From Christensenella sp. UBA7571 (GTDB lineage: Bacteria > Bacillota > Clostridia > Christensenellales > CAG-917), in NCBI GenBank assembly GCA_002476605.1, contig DLLD01000016.1, positions 99,225 to 163,224 on the forward strand: 64,000 bases of DNA, written 5' to 3'. This document shows, piece after piece, positions 38,492-47,918 of this stretch. A program made the translations under genes and the position numbers. Each line of letters opens with the position of its first letter. Position 1 is the first letter of the stretch. The notes under the pieces were generated by a model. The model searched no databases, had not been told where the DNA came from, and saw only the letters and a list, made by a program, of their open reading frames with translations.

Positions 38492-38800
38492 TTTAGCAAC
38501 TGTTTAATTTCTACATGTGCGTCATGTTATATAAAAGGGAAATAATAATTTAAAGAATTTAAAAGAAGCGCAATTATTTCGAGTTACGCTTCTTTTATTT
38601 TGTTACAAGCAAAAGATATATTAAATCGCTTTTACTTTTTTATAAGTAAAAAAACGTTCTCCGCTGTTCATTGCCTTTCGGTGTGGCGGTTTAGCACCGA
38701 CAAAAGCCTTTGTCAACGGCATAAAAATCTTGTTATATTACTATCAAAAATTATCTCGCATTTAATGCACGTTTTATGTGCTTTTTAGTCGTTTGCCTGT

Positions 38801-38870
38801 TAGACGAGCCGTAGTCTTGATACAAGTGTGACGATTAGACGTGCCGTAGTCTTTGATACAAGTGCGCACG
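38801..38870 (+). repeat. tandem ~30-nt repeat; the second copy starts a 39-bp perfect direct repeat shared with 45449-45487
   Basis: TAGACGAGCCGTAGTCTTGATACAAGTGTG, then TAGACGTGCCGTAGTCTTTGATACAAGTGCG. CGATTAGACGTGCCGTAGTCTTTGATACAAGTGCGCACG is identical at 38832-38870 and 45449-45487. Confidence 0.85.
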
Positions 38871-39034
38871 TGCGCGCGCGAGAGATTAGATTATTTTGAT
38901 GAACTTTTTACACAACATTTTTATGCTGTTCGTTGACATAGGCATCATACGATTTGAAGTGATACGTTTTTGAGTTTTCTCGGTGCTGCACCGTCTTGTT
39001 GCCGAAAGGCAAATAAAACTCGGAGCGTATCAAT

Positions 39035-39721
39035 ATGAAATCTCAAATCATTCTTCAAAATCAAAATGCAATTAGTATTTATAATGACAATCAAGCACAA
39101 GTCAAAATCGTTGCAAAAAAGAAATGCATATTAGACGATGACGTTGTTATAACCGCAGACAACATCAAGAAAATAGGCGAATTGATAGCGTTGCTTACTA
39201 TAAGAACCGTTATGTGCCGTTCAGGCAAGGATTTATATCGCCTATATGACGGACTCATCAAGGATTGCAACAAATCAAACGATTCTCTCGATGAATACTC
39301 GGACGGATACGATATGGCGCAAACCGCAATGCTTTTCCTATGCGAACACATCGGCAAAAGACTTGGCGACAATTATACAACCACTCGTGGAAACGTTATC
39401 TCGATTAAGCAAGCGTGCTTCCGTTTTACTGATAGATACTTGGACAAACAATTCACTCGCCACTTGGCGCACACAACCGCCATAAACGACAGCGTTGTAT
39501 CGTCGCACATAACTTTTATCGACGACGAATCCAACAGCGATTATACCGCCGTTGACGCACTTATCGACAAGATGCAATTAACGCAAGGCGAGTATGACGT
39601 TCTCTGCGCCTATATGTCGGGATTGACTTATCTCGAAGTAACACAACTTCTAAATGTCAACCGCACAACCATATGGCGCAGAAGAATGAGTCTGCAAAGG
39701 AAATATATGATTTTAAGATAA
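39035..39721 (+). CDS. sigma-70 region-4-like HTH protein (mobile-element regulator)
   Basis: The C-terminus (LTQGEYDVLCAYMSGLTYLEVTQLLNVNRTTIWRRRMSLQRKY) is a region-4/LuxR-type HTH. The rest has no recognisable motif. Confidence 0.5.
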   Translation: MKSQIILQNQNAISIYNDNQAQVKIVAKKKCILDDDVVITADNIKKIGELIALLTIRTVMCRSGKDLYRLYDGLIKDCNKSNDSLDEYSDGYDMAQTAMLFLCEHIGKRLGDNYTTTRGNVISIKQACFRFTDRYLDKQFTRHLAHTTAINDSVVSSHITFIDDESNSDYTAVDALIDKMQLTQGEYDVLCAYMSGLTYLEVTQLLNVNRTTIWRRRMSLQRKYMILR

Positions 39722-39754
39722 AACAACCCGACATTGTGTCGGGCTGTTCTTATA

Positions 39755-42649
39755 TTATTTTAGTGCTAAAAAACCGGATATGAATGCGTCAGGGAATATA
39801 AATTGTTTTTCTCCGATAGCGAATTTGACGCGAATATGTATTTTAACGTTGTCTATCCAAGTTATAGTACCATCGCCAAATTTCTTATGTGTTACGGCGG
39901 TTCCGACTTGCACTTTTGACAACATTTCTTCGAGTGCACTGCTGGAAGATTCTTCTTCATTCGGCGAAACAACATCTGCCGCTACAATTTCGGCATTTGC
40001 AACGTCATCCTCTTTTGACTTTTTGACGTTTTGGTATTTTTCAGGAATGAGAACGCTTTCAAAGTCAGTCATCGTAGCTTGTTGCTTGCTATATAGTGCC
40101 TCATATTCTTCGCGCCTCAAAACTGTATCCCAACCGCCGATTGCTTCGCCTTCGTGTTTGTCGATACCCGTATATGACAAACTCGAATTCTCATATTTTC
40201 TAAATCCGAAAATGCCTTGGTTCATCTTTTCGGAATCAAACAAGCCGATTGAACACAACACGTCGAAATCTTTTACCGTAAGCCCCGTAACCTTTTGGAA
40301 AAGTTCAGGCTCGATTTGCGTAATAACATCCTTGATCGTTTGTTCTCTATAATCGGTGAGATACATAAAGGCAGGAATACGCGCTGCAAGTTTCAAAAGG
40401 TTTTCCTGTACTTGCTTACGCAAAGATTTTGCCTTCTTTTCGTCTTCGGTAAGTTCCTTCTTCTCGGTGGGCGTCAAATCGTCGCCTTTTTCTTTTTTGA
40501 GTTTTTTAACTTTTTCGGAACGGTTGATAATCGTCTGAATCTCTGCATTCAAAGAACGGAAGCCTTCTATGCGCATAAGCGCATCCAAAGCGTCTTGGTT
40601 GTTTTGCAATTTTTTGAGCGTGTCGTTGTCAACGTGCACCAAAAGCGCGGTTTGCCAACGCTTTGCAAGCAAGGTCGCAGACGTTCCTGCATAAGTTATA
40701 TCCAAAATATCTTGCGCATCGATACGATTCATCGACGAACCGTCAAATGCAAGAACCGGCAAGAATGAAATAAAGTCTTTCACCTTTTGTTCCGGGCTTG
40801 TTTCGTCAACTTTCAATCTGCACGAATAGTCCGAAATCTGATGCAATGCACGCTCTAACGCAAAGTCGAAGATATAACATTCTTGCTTGATAATTTCCTT
40901 ATCGCCGTGATCGTTGACGATTTCCCAAGGAGATTGCACTCTGAATGCCGTTTGAAAATACGTTTCGGGGGAATTCAAGTTGCGCAACATAAACACACCC
41001 GTCCACGGTCTTACGGTAACACCGGTGTTGAGTTTTCCGCAAGATAACGTGATAGTTTTCGTTTCAAGCGGATCGCCCATTGCTGCCAAAACAGGTTTTA
41101 GTGCATCCAAGCCTATGCCGACTTTTGATCCGGCGCACACAATGATTTTGTAGTCATTGAAAAAGTTGTTTTGTTTTTGACGCAATAAATTGTACATTGC
41201 ATAGCAACTTGCGACGTTAGGCAGATACCAAAACGTATGAGTTAGCACGTTTTGCAACGTAATATCGGAAAACGGCATAGGCGGACGTTCCGCACCAAGT
41301 TTCAAACCATCCACTGGCATATAGTTGCCCTGAATCATTTTTACCCATTTTTGCACGTCTTCTTCATATACAAATCTTGACGTCTCGACCTTTCCTTTTT
41401 CGATCGGTTGTGCCTTGAAAAATTCGTTAATATCAAATTCGTCATAGCCTTCGTTTATGGCAACGTTCGCAGTAATGGAATCGGGCACTTTATACGTAAG
41501 CATAACCATTTTAGGTAGTGCCGCATAAGGATTCTCGCCTCTTGATTTATCCCAGTTTTCTTTTGCCGCTTGTTCGTCAGAATAAGTCCAATTGAACACC
41601 TGGTCTTCCAAAAATTCGCCCGAATTAAGCGCACGGAAAGGCGTACCCGACAAATATAGATAATGCAAAGAAGTTATAGGCAAAAACGACTCGTTTATAG
41701 CGTTGCCGGCCTCTTCTTTCTGATACTTTTCAAGGTCAAAATCGTCGTCTTCCTCGTCGTACTTTTCAAACAAATTCTTTGCGTTTTCACGCCAAGCGCC
41801 AAAGTGATATTCGTCAAAAACGATAATATCCCAATTCGTTGTGTGTATAAATTCGTTTTTTGCTTTTATGCCACCGGCTTCGTTCGTGCCAAGCAAATCT
41901 TGAAACGAACCGAAAACGACGATAGGTTTTGTCTTGTCGCAAGCGTTATACTGTTCGTCAAGTTGTTTTGCATCGAATTTTGCTTCTTTGTTGCTGACGA
42001 ATTGCCACCCCTTGAAATCTACGTGGTGGGTAAGGTCTTCTTGCCAAGCGGATTCAACGGCTGGCTTAAAAGTAAGCACAAGGATTTTTTTGAACCCCAT
42101 TGCCTTGCACAATTCGTACGTTGCAAAAGTCTTGCCGAAACGCATTTTTGCATTCCACAAAAACTTTGGCGGGCGAGTGGGATCGTCTTTCTTTGATTGC
42201 TCAAAATACGATTTCGTCATATCGACGGCTTGTTGCTGTTCGTCACGCATAGCAAAATTCCACGTGCGATTGCCTTCAAAACGAATTTCAGTGCGGACTT
42301 CTTCAATCGCCGTCAAAGCGTCCGAAAGTGTGCATTTGAACCATTCGTTTTTGTCCGTGCCCGCGTTAAGTTGCAAAAAACCTTTGTGTTTCAACAAACG
42401 GTGAACGTCTTTGTCTGTAAAGCAAGTGCCGTCGGCACGCATTGCCGACTCCTTGAATAAGATTTTGAAATTAATTGCCGCCGTATGCAATTGTTCGCGG
42501 ATACGCGCTTCGGTGTCTTTTCTGTCTGTGTAGCCAATTTTTATATACCCCTCGTGATCTTTCACATCGGGCAGTATATATCCGTAAATTGTCGGCACAA
42601 CGGCAGGACGGTTATGTAATATTTCAGAAAGACTTATATTATTCGCCAT
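39755..42649 (-). CDS. T5orf172/GIY-YIG nuclease - SF2 (ResIII-like) helicase fusion with C-terminal UvrD-C/Tudor-like domain
   Basis: N-terminus: IYGYILPD...GYIKIGYTDRKDTEARIREQ...NEWF. Helicase motif I MRFGKTF, motif II IIVFDEYH, motif III LYLSGTPF, motif VI QTAFRVQSP. C-terminus: HKKFGDGTITWIDNVKIHIRVKFAIGEKQF. GGAG RBS 7 nt upstream, 4 nt after the methyltransferase stop. Confidence 0.7.
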   Translation of the reverse strand: MANNISLSEILHNRPAVVPTIYGYILPDVKDHEGYIKIGYTDRKDTEARIREQLHTAAINFKILFKESAMRADGTCFTDKDVHRLLKHKGFLQLNAGTDKNEWFKCTLSDALTAIEEVRTEIRFEGNRTWNFAMRDEQQQAVDMTKSYFEQSKKDDPTRPPKFLWNAKMRFGKTFATYELCKAMGFKKILVLTFKPAVESAWQEDLTHHVDFKGWQFVSNKEAKFDAKQLDEQYNACDKTKPIVVFGSFQDLLGTNEAGGIKAKNEFIHTTNWDIIVFDEYHFGAWRENAKNLFEKYDEEDDDFDLEKYQKEEAGNAINESFLPITSLHYLYLSGTPFRALNSGEFLEDQVFNWTYSDEQAAKENWDKSRGENPYAALPKMVMLTYKVPDSITANVAINEGYDEFDINEFFKAQPIEKGKVETSRFVYEEDVQKWVKMIQGNYMPVDGLKLGAERPPMPFSDITLQNVLTHTFWYLPNVASCYAMYNLLRQKQNNFFNDYKIIVCAGSKVGIGLDALKPVLAAMGDPLETKTITLSCGKLNTGVTVRPWTGVFMLRNLNSPETYFQTAFRVQSPWEIVNDHGDKEIIKQECYIFDFALERALHQISDYSCRLKVDETSPEQKVKDFISFLPVLAFDGSSMNRIDAQDILDITYAGTSATLLAKRWQTALLVHVDNDTLKKLQNNQDALDALMRIEGFRSLNAEIQTIINRSEKVKKLKKEKGDDLTPTEKKELTEDEKKAKSLRKQVQENLLKLAARIPAFMYLTDYREQTIKDVITQIEPELFQKVTGLTVKDFDVLCSIGLFDSEKMNQGIFGFRKYENSSLSYTGIDKHEGEAIGGWDTVLRREEYEALYSKQQATMTDFESVLIPEKYQNVKKSKEDDVANAEIVAADVVSPNEEESSSSALEEMLSKVQVGTAVTHKKFGDGTITWIDNVKIHIRVKFAIGEKQFIFPDAFISGFLALK

Positions 42650-42653
42650 ATCG

Positions 42654-44252
42654 TTACTCCATAGGTTTAATCATTGATTCGATAAAATCAATTTCTTCTT
42701 GTGACAAATTGTATTTCTTATATAATTCTTCGTCCGTCCATGGCTTTGAAAAATCTTGCATAGGGACGAATTGATAAACACCACGCGGGCCGTTTTGTGT
42801 TTTCTTTTTGATGCTAACAAGATAACGGAAAAATCTTGTTTTAATGTATGTAATTATATTCTCGCATTCTTGCTTGGAAAAATTGTGTTTCTCTGGATCA
42901 TATCCTATCACTAAATAAGTTTGAGAACATACACTGTTTGGCTCTCCATAGAATGGATAGCCTAATACTTGAGCATCAGTACCACTGCCGCCTGCCGCGG
43001 GAATGTAGATTTTATGTAACTTTATGGAAGCTACATTTTTGGGAATATCCGTTATTTTAACCCAACCAAAATCAAATTTGTGTATGTTCTTATTGAGATA
43101 ATATTTAATAGAGTAACTATCATTTTTTTCTTTAGAATAACCTTCCCAACTTGATGTCAACAGTTGTTTATTTGTAAAAAAGTCTTTTGGGCTAACCAAT
43201 GAGGCGAAATTTTCACATTCTTGTTCTATATACTTACCTTCAACCTTTTTAATATGATCAATTATAGATAGTGCGTTTATGTCTCTAATCACTATACCTG
43301 TATTGCTTGCATTAAGATAATTATAGTTTTCAATTATATCATTGCTTGATGTGTGCAAATAGTAATGGCACTTGCCAACATTGTTTTTGCTCCACAAAAA
43401 ATAGTTTACACCACCTTTAATTTCCACGCCGGGAAAACATAACCCCGAATCCAAAAAGTCATGCATGACCATAATATGATTATCGTTTAGCATAGAATCT
43501 ACCCATTCATCAGAGATTCCTTCGGTGCTACGTGTCATCCACCTACTTGGTGTAATCATTATCAAATAGTTAGGACTTAATTTCATGGCTTGTGAAATAA
43601 AGTGGTGATAAATTGCTTTTGATTTCGAGGCATTACCGCTTGTATTACCTACACTAAAATGATAAGGCGGATTGGATATAATTACATCGAATTTCATATT
43701 GAATATTTTCTCCGGATTGGTTGTGTGTATAAATTCGTATGCGTGGGTTTCTTTTTCATCGCCACGGTCGTAAGATTTGTTTGCTCCACAAAACTTACAT
43801 TTGTCGCCTATCCAAGTATGTTTTATGCGGCGAAATCTGATATTGCCTTCGGCTGTGTCGAAATGTGAGATCGAATATTCGCCGTTTGGGTATTTCGAGC
43901 AATACAGACTGCGACGAGATAACAGACTTGTGAGTTCCGTGATGGCAATGCCGTAAAGTTGTTTGTGGAAGATATGGTCTATACGTTCTTGCAAATCGGG
44001 GATTTTATCTTGCAATCCGACAAGCAAGCGTTTTGCAATCTCACGCAAGAAAACTCCCGTTTTGCAAGCCGGATCTAAAAACGTGGTGTTTGGATCGTAA
44101 AACAATTCCTGTGGCAACAAATCAAGCATTTGATTTACCACGTCGGGTGGGGTGAAAACTTCGTCGTTGCTTAAATTTGCAAGGCACGACAAAACGTCAG
44201 GCGTGTGCAAAGTTTTGTTTTTGTAGATTTTGTCAAAAAAGGTTTCAGCCAT
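42654..44252 (-). CDS. gamma-class N6-adenine DNA methyltransferase (Eco57I-like) with C-terminal recognition region
   Basis: Motif X VFTPPDVVNQM, motif I FLDPACKTGVFL, motif IV ISNPPYHF. 532 aa. Confidence 0.85.
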   Translation of the reverse strand: MAETFFDKIYKNKTLHTPDVLSCLANLSNDEVFTPPDVVNQMLDLLPQELFYDPNTTFLDPACKTGVFLREIAKRLLVGLQDKIPDLQERIDHIFHKQLYGIAITELTSLLSRRSLYCSKYPNGEYSISHFDTAEGNIRFRRIKHTWIGDKCKFCGANKSYDRGDEKETHAYEFIHTTNPEKIFNMKFDVIISNPPYHFSVGNTSGNASKSKAIYHHFISQAMKLSPNYLIMITPSRWMTRSTEGISDEWVDSMLNDNHIMVMHDFLDSGLCFPGVEIKGGVNYFLWSKNNVGKCHYYLHTSSNDIIENYNYLNASNTGIVIRDINALSIIDHIKKVEGKYIEQECENFASLVSPKDFFTNKQLLTSSWEGYSKEKNDSYSIKYYLNKNIHKFDFGWVKITDIPKNVASIKLHKIYIPAAGGSGTDAQVLGYPFYGEPNSVCSQTYLVIGYDPEKHNFSKQECENIITYIKTRFFRYLVSIKKKTQNGPRGVYQFVPMQDFSKPWTDEELYKKYNLSQEEIDFIESMIKPME

Positions 44253-44964
44253 TTTCTTGCACCTTCCTATAATGCACGGGCGGATATTCGCATATCGGCT
44301 CTGCCATATATTCTTTTGTTGTTGGGTTTATAGACAAATATTTCCGTATGTCTTCGGGAACGTCGAGAAGGGATAGTTGTTCGCTTTTGGGCTTGTCGTT
44401 TGCTTTGAGCATCACGTCAAGGCGGAAATCACGACGTTTGAGTTTTGTGCCGAGCATAAGGCTCCATTCAGGGAAAACTATTGGTGTATCCGTATCGTTT
44501 TGGTTTTCATCCACGCACATAAGCGTTAAAGCATTGCCGCATAGAATGTTTTTGGAAAGGATATACTTCACGGCATCGCGTGTTTCGTCGTTCGTTGATT
44601 TTTTACAAACTGAATTGTATTCCTTATTCCACAACTCAAATAGTCGTGCACGACATTCGTTTACGTTATCAGCAAGAATATCTACGCCGTAAATGCTTGT
44701 TATTGCAAGCACGGAATATCTTTCAAAATCGTAAGGATTTGACTTATATAGTTTTTTTACAGTGGAAAGTTTGCGTGTCAATATTTCAGCCAAAAAATTG
44801 CCATCCCCACACGCGGGCTCTAAAAAACGACTGTCTATTCGGTCACATTCTTGCGCGACCAAATCACACATAGCCTTGACTTCGCGCTCGGCTGTAAACA
44901 CTTCGCCATGGTCAGCGACTCTTTTTTTAGATTTTATTTGTGAATTGTGCAACGACGCACTCAT
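44245..44964 (-). CDS. methyltransferase-like SAM-binding protein lacking a canonical NPPY motif
   Basis: GEVFTAEREV (motif X), FLEPACGDGNFL (motif I), IYGVDILADNV, NILCGNAL. The expected motif IV position reads VFPEW. Start at ATG 44964 after GGGTGGA. 8-nt overlap with the downstream methyltransferase start. Confidence 0.55.
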   Translation of the reverse strand: MSASLHNSQIKSKKRVADHGEVFTAEREVKAMCDLVAQECDRIDSRFLEPACGDGNFLAEILTRKLSTVKKLYKSNPYDFERYSVLAITSIYGVDILADNVNECRARLFELWNKEYNSVCKKSTNDETRDAVKYILSKNILCGNALTLMCVDENQNDTDTPIVFPEWSLMLGTKLKRRDFRLDVMLKANDKPKSEQLSLLDVPEDIRKYLSINPTTKEYMAEPICEYPPVHYRKVQENG

Positions 44965-44997
44965 TTTTGAATTCCACCCATTATATATTGCAATTAG

Positions 44998-45017
44998 TAT
45001 ATCGCATTTACGATATA
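44998..45017. promoter_or_regulatory. candidate controller-protein operator (C-box-like inverted repeat) in the divergent promoter region
   Basis: TATATCG-N6-CGATATA, between the divergent methyltransferase-like gene (start 44964) and the XRE gene (start 45082). ATTGCAAT palindrome nearby. Confidence 0.3.
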
Positions 45018-45081
45018 TAGTCAATGTATTTGCGAAGTATATATGTCGTAAAAGCGTAGTAAACTATTACAAGAGGTGCAA

Positions 45082-45381
45082 ATGAACGTTATAGATAAAA
45101 TAAGAGAATTGCAATGGGAACGTGGTTGGACAGACTACAAATTAGCACAAGCGGCAGATATTTCACAATCTTCGCTTGCCACTTTATATTCTCGTCAAAC
45201 ACCGCCAAAACTCGAAATGTTACAACGCATTTGCGAAGCATTTGGAATAACGCTATCTCAATTCTTTTTGGACGATGAACAAATTGATATATTGTCGGAA
45301 AGAGAAAAGAAAATGATTTCGTCATTTAGAAAACTTACCCCCGAAAAACAACAAGCATTGATTGCCTTGATTGCAGATTGA
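45082..45381 (+). CDS. XRE-family HTH protein (putative controller of the adjacent R-M-like operon)
   Basis: 99 aa: IRELQWERGWTDYKLAQAADISQSSLATLYSRQTPPKLEMLQRICEAFGITLSQFF. AAGAGG RBS. Confidence 0.8.
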   Translation: MNVIDKIRELQWERGWTDYKLAQAADISQSSLATLYSRQTPPKLEMLQRICEAFGITLSQFFLDDEQIDILSEREKKMISSFRKLTPEKQQALIALIAD

Positions 45382-45448
45382 TAAGATGGTTCCGTATAAA
45401 AGCGGAGCCATTTTTAGTTTTAATTTTTATGTCTCCATCTCATTTTGG

Positions 45449-45517
45449 CGATTAGACGTGCCGTAGTCTTTGATACAAGTGCGCACGCGTACGCGCGCGC
45501 AAGACTACGGCACGTCT
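45449..45517 (+). repeat. 39-bp direct repeat partner plus a 17-bp perfect inverted repeat hairpin
   Basis: 45449-45487 is identical to 38832-38870. AGACGTGCCGTAGTCTT (45454-45470) pairs with AAGACTACGGCACGTCT (45501-45517) around a GC-rich alternating loop (GCGCACGCGTACGCGCGCGC). Confidence 0.85.
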
Positions 45518-46129
45518 TTGCATAAAAATAAACCCAAATCCGCAAAAGGCGGCACGGAGCGGAGCGAGGTTTCGCGCTAACCCGCTTGGCGAAATCCTCG
45601 CTTATCCGTCTTGCCGTTGCCGTCGCTTTTTATTGCGGAAATCTTTGGCGTTTTGTATATTGCAAAAATTCGTTTGCCGTTTCGTCTTTTTGTGTCGCGT
45701 AGGCGTTACGACATTGTTCCGCAATCATATTTTCATCATCAAAATCGTGTTCAAATCACGTTCTGTTATTGTTTCAAATTTGTCCAAACTGCGCACGACA
45801 CCGTCCTTGCTTTCTCACTCTCTTGCATTTACGCTGTTTATAGTGCAAAGTGCGGAAAAAGTACGGCTGAGTCTAGGTGAATATCCAAAAATACTTGGTT
45901 TTGTACCCTGTGAGTATGTTACGCACATAACAAATATTTGATATAACAAAACTGTCTTTCTTGTTGGAAGCGTGAACGCAAACTCGGCATTGTCAAGGGT
46001 AAATGCATTGCCCCTGCAACCCTTGACAATCCCCATAAAAACTCGGATATGAAACAATTTATATCGTTTCCGTTCTTTTCGTTTCCTGTCGAAAGACACA
46101 ATAACCATAACTTAGGAGGAAATACAACA

Positions 46130-47737
46130 ATGAAAGGTGCTGTGATTTATGCGAGATACTCTTGCGAACGGCAAACGGAGCAGTCCATTGAAGGACAGTT
46201 ACGAGAGTGTTACAAATACGCAGAACAAAACGGCTTAACCATTATCCATGAATATATAGACCGTGCTATGACAGGCACAAACGACAATCGTCCGTCTTTT
46301 CAAAAGATGCTTGCGGACGCGGAACGCACAAGTGCTTGGGACATAGTTCTTGTATATGCGCTGGATAGGTTCGGCAGAAACTCAATCGAGATTGCATTGA
46401 ACAAACAAAAACTCATAAAAAGCGGAAAGACGCTTATATCCGCAACTCAGCGAACGTCCACGAATATAGACGGCTCGCGCAATTTGGACGGAATACTGCT
46501 AGAAAATATGTATATTGGACTTGCCGAATATTATTCGGCTGAATTATCCCAAAAGATAAAGCGCGGACTTAGAGAAAGCAGGCTCAAAGGACAATTCGGC
46601 GGTGGCGGCGTTGCTTACGGATATAAAGTAGTAAACAAAAAACTTGAAATAAATGAAGAACAAGCGCAAATCGTAAAATACATTTTTGAACGCTATCACG
46701 GTGGCAAAATCGTGCGCGAAATCATTGAAGAACTGACCGCGCGAGGCGTTTTATACAAAAACAAACCGTTCGTTCCGCAAACCGTATATAAAATGCTTGC
46801 AAACGAGAAATATATTGGCATTACCAAATATAACGGCGAGGTATATGACAACATCTATCCGCCTATTATTGACAAATCGTTGTTCGATTCTATACAGCAA
46901 AAACTATCGGTTAATAAGACGGGAAAACGTAGCGTGAATATAACATTCTTGTTGCGCAATAAAGTTGTGTGCGGGTATTGCGGACGACATCTGCAAGGAG
47001 ATAGTTCAACGGCAAGAAACGGCAAATTACGTTTTTATTACAAGTGCGCAGGGCGTAAAAAACATAAAGATTGCAATTTGCGCGTTATCCGCCAACAAGA
47101 ATTGGACGATTTCGTTTCGCAAGTCACATATGAAGTGTTTTGCACTGACGAAAATATATCGCTTATTGCGGACAAAGTTCTCGAAGTTCAAGCACAACGT
47201 AACAAGAGCGACAGCGTATTGCAAACGTTGCACAAACGATTGTACGATACGGACAAAGCATTGACCAACGTTATGAGCGCAATTGAGCAAGGAATAATAA
47301 CAAAAACCACAAAGGAACGACTTGCCGCTCTTGAAAACGAAAAAGAAGATATAGAAACAAAAATAGCAGTTGAAGAAACACGTCGGCAAAAGACGTTCAA
47401 CAAGGAAGAAATAGAACGATTCTTGCGCACGGAGTTCAAAGACGATCCGCAACTATATTTACAGCACATACTCGACAGAGTTGTCGTCTATGACGACAAA
47501 ATAGAAATATTCTACAAATACACAAACGCCATCCCCGATGATTCAGACAATGAACGTCGGGGATATTTTTCATCTCAATGCAAAATCAAAATTAACAAGG
47601 CAAAACGCTCGATGCAAGTGCTTGATATTACCATAGACCAAACAATTCATTTTGAGGTGTTGTACGTCATAAACCGCCGACACAAATTGCGTTTCAACCT
47701 TGAAAAAACACCAACCAATTCTCACGGTGCGGATTAG
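46130..47737 (+). CDS. large serine recombinase (resolvase/invertase N-domain, recombinase domain, zinc ribbon, coiled coil)
   Basis: AVIYARYSCERQTEQSIEGQ (catalytic Ser), ALDRFGRN, Zn-ribbon CGYCGRHL...YYKCAGRKKHKDC. AGGAGGA RBS. Start moved to the ATG at 46130. Confidence 0.9.
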   Translation: MKGAVIYARYSCERQTEQSIEGQLRECYKYAEQNGLTIIHEYIDRAMTGTNDNRPSFQKMLADAERTSAWDIVLVYALDRFGRNSIEIALNKQKLIKSGKTLISATQRTSTNIDGSRNLDGILLENMYIGLAEYYSAELSQKIKRGLRESRLKGQFGGGGVAYGYKVVNKKLEINEEQAQIVKYIFERYHGGKIVREIIEELTARGVLYKNKPFVPQTVYKMLANEKYIGITKYNGEVYDNIYPPIIDKSLFDSIQQKLSVNKTGKRSVNITFLLRNKVVCGYCGRHLQGDSSTARNGKLRFYYKCAGRKKHKDCNLRVIRQQELDDFVSQVTYEVFCTDENISLIADKVLEVQAQRNKSDSVLQTLHKRLYDTDKALTNVMSAIEQGIITKTTKERLAALENEKEDIETKIAVEETRRQKTFNKEEIERFLRTEFKDDPQLYLQHILDRVVVYDDKIEIFYKYTNAIPDDSDNERRGYFSSQCKIKINKAKRSMQVLDITIDQTIHFEVLYVINRRHKLRFNLEKTPTNSHGAD

Positions 47738-47918
47738 TTCAAATCCTTTCCACCAACATTCAAAAACCCTACTATTAAGTAGGGTTTTTCTTATGTCTGT
47801 GTCATCAACTTGCCTCGAACTTGACGGCATTTGCCGTCACCATACTGCGTATGGCTGTGCCCTCGGTCACACTGCACGTTCCGCTCCCGATTGCAAGCAA
47901 TCCCGCTCCGCTGATGGA

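Noticed and set aside
45611-46108. Track ORFs 45611-45880(+), 45633-45941(+) and 45815-46108(-) in the island gap
   Set aside because: They are mutually overlapping, lack RBSs, and give hydrophobic/low-complexity translations. The region is better described as decayed or non-coding.
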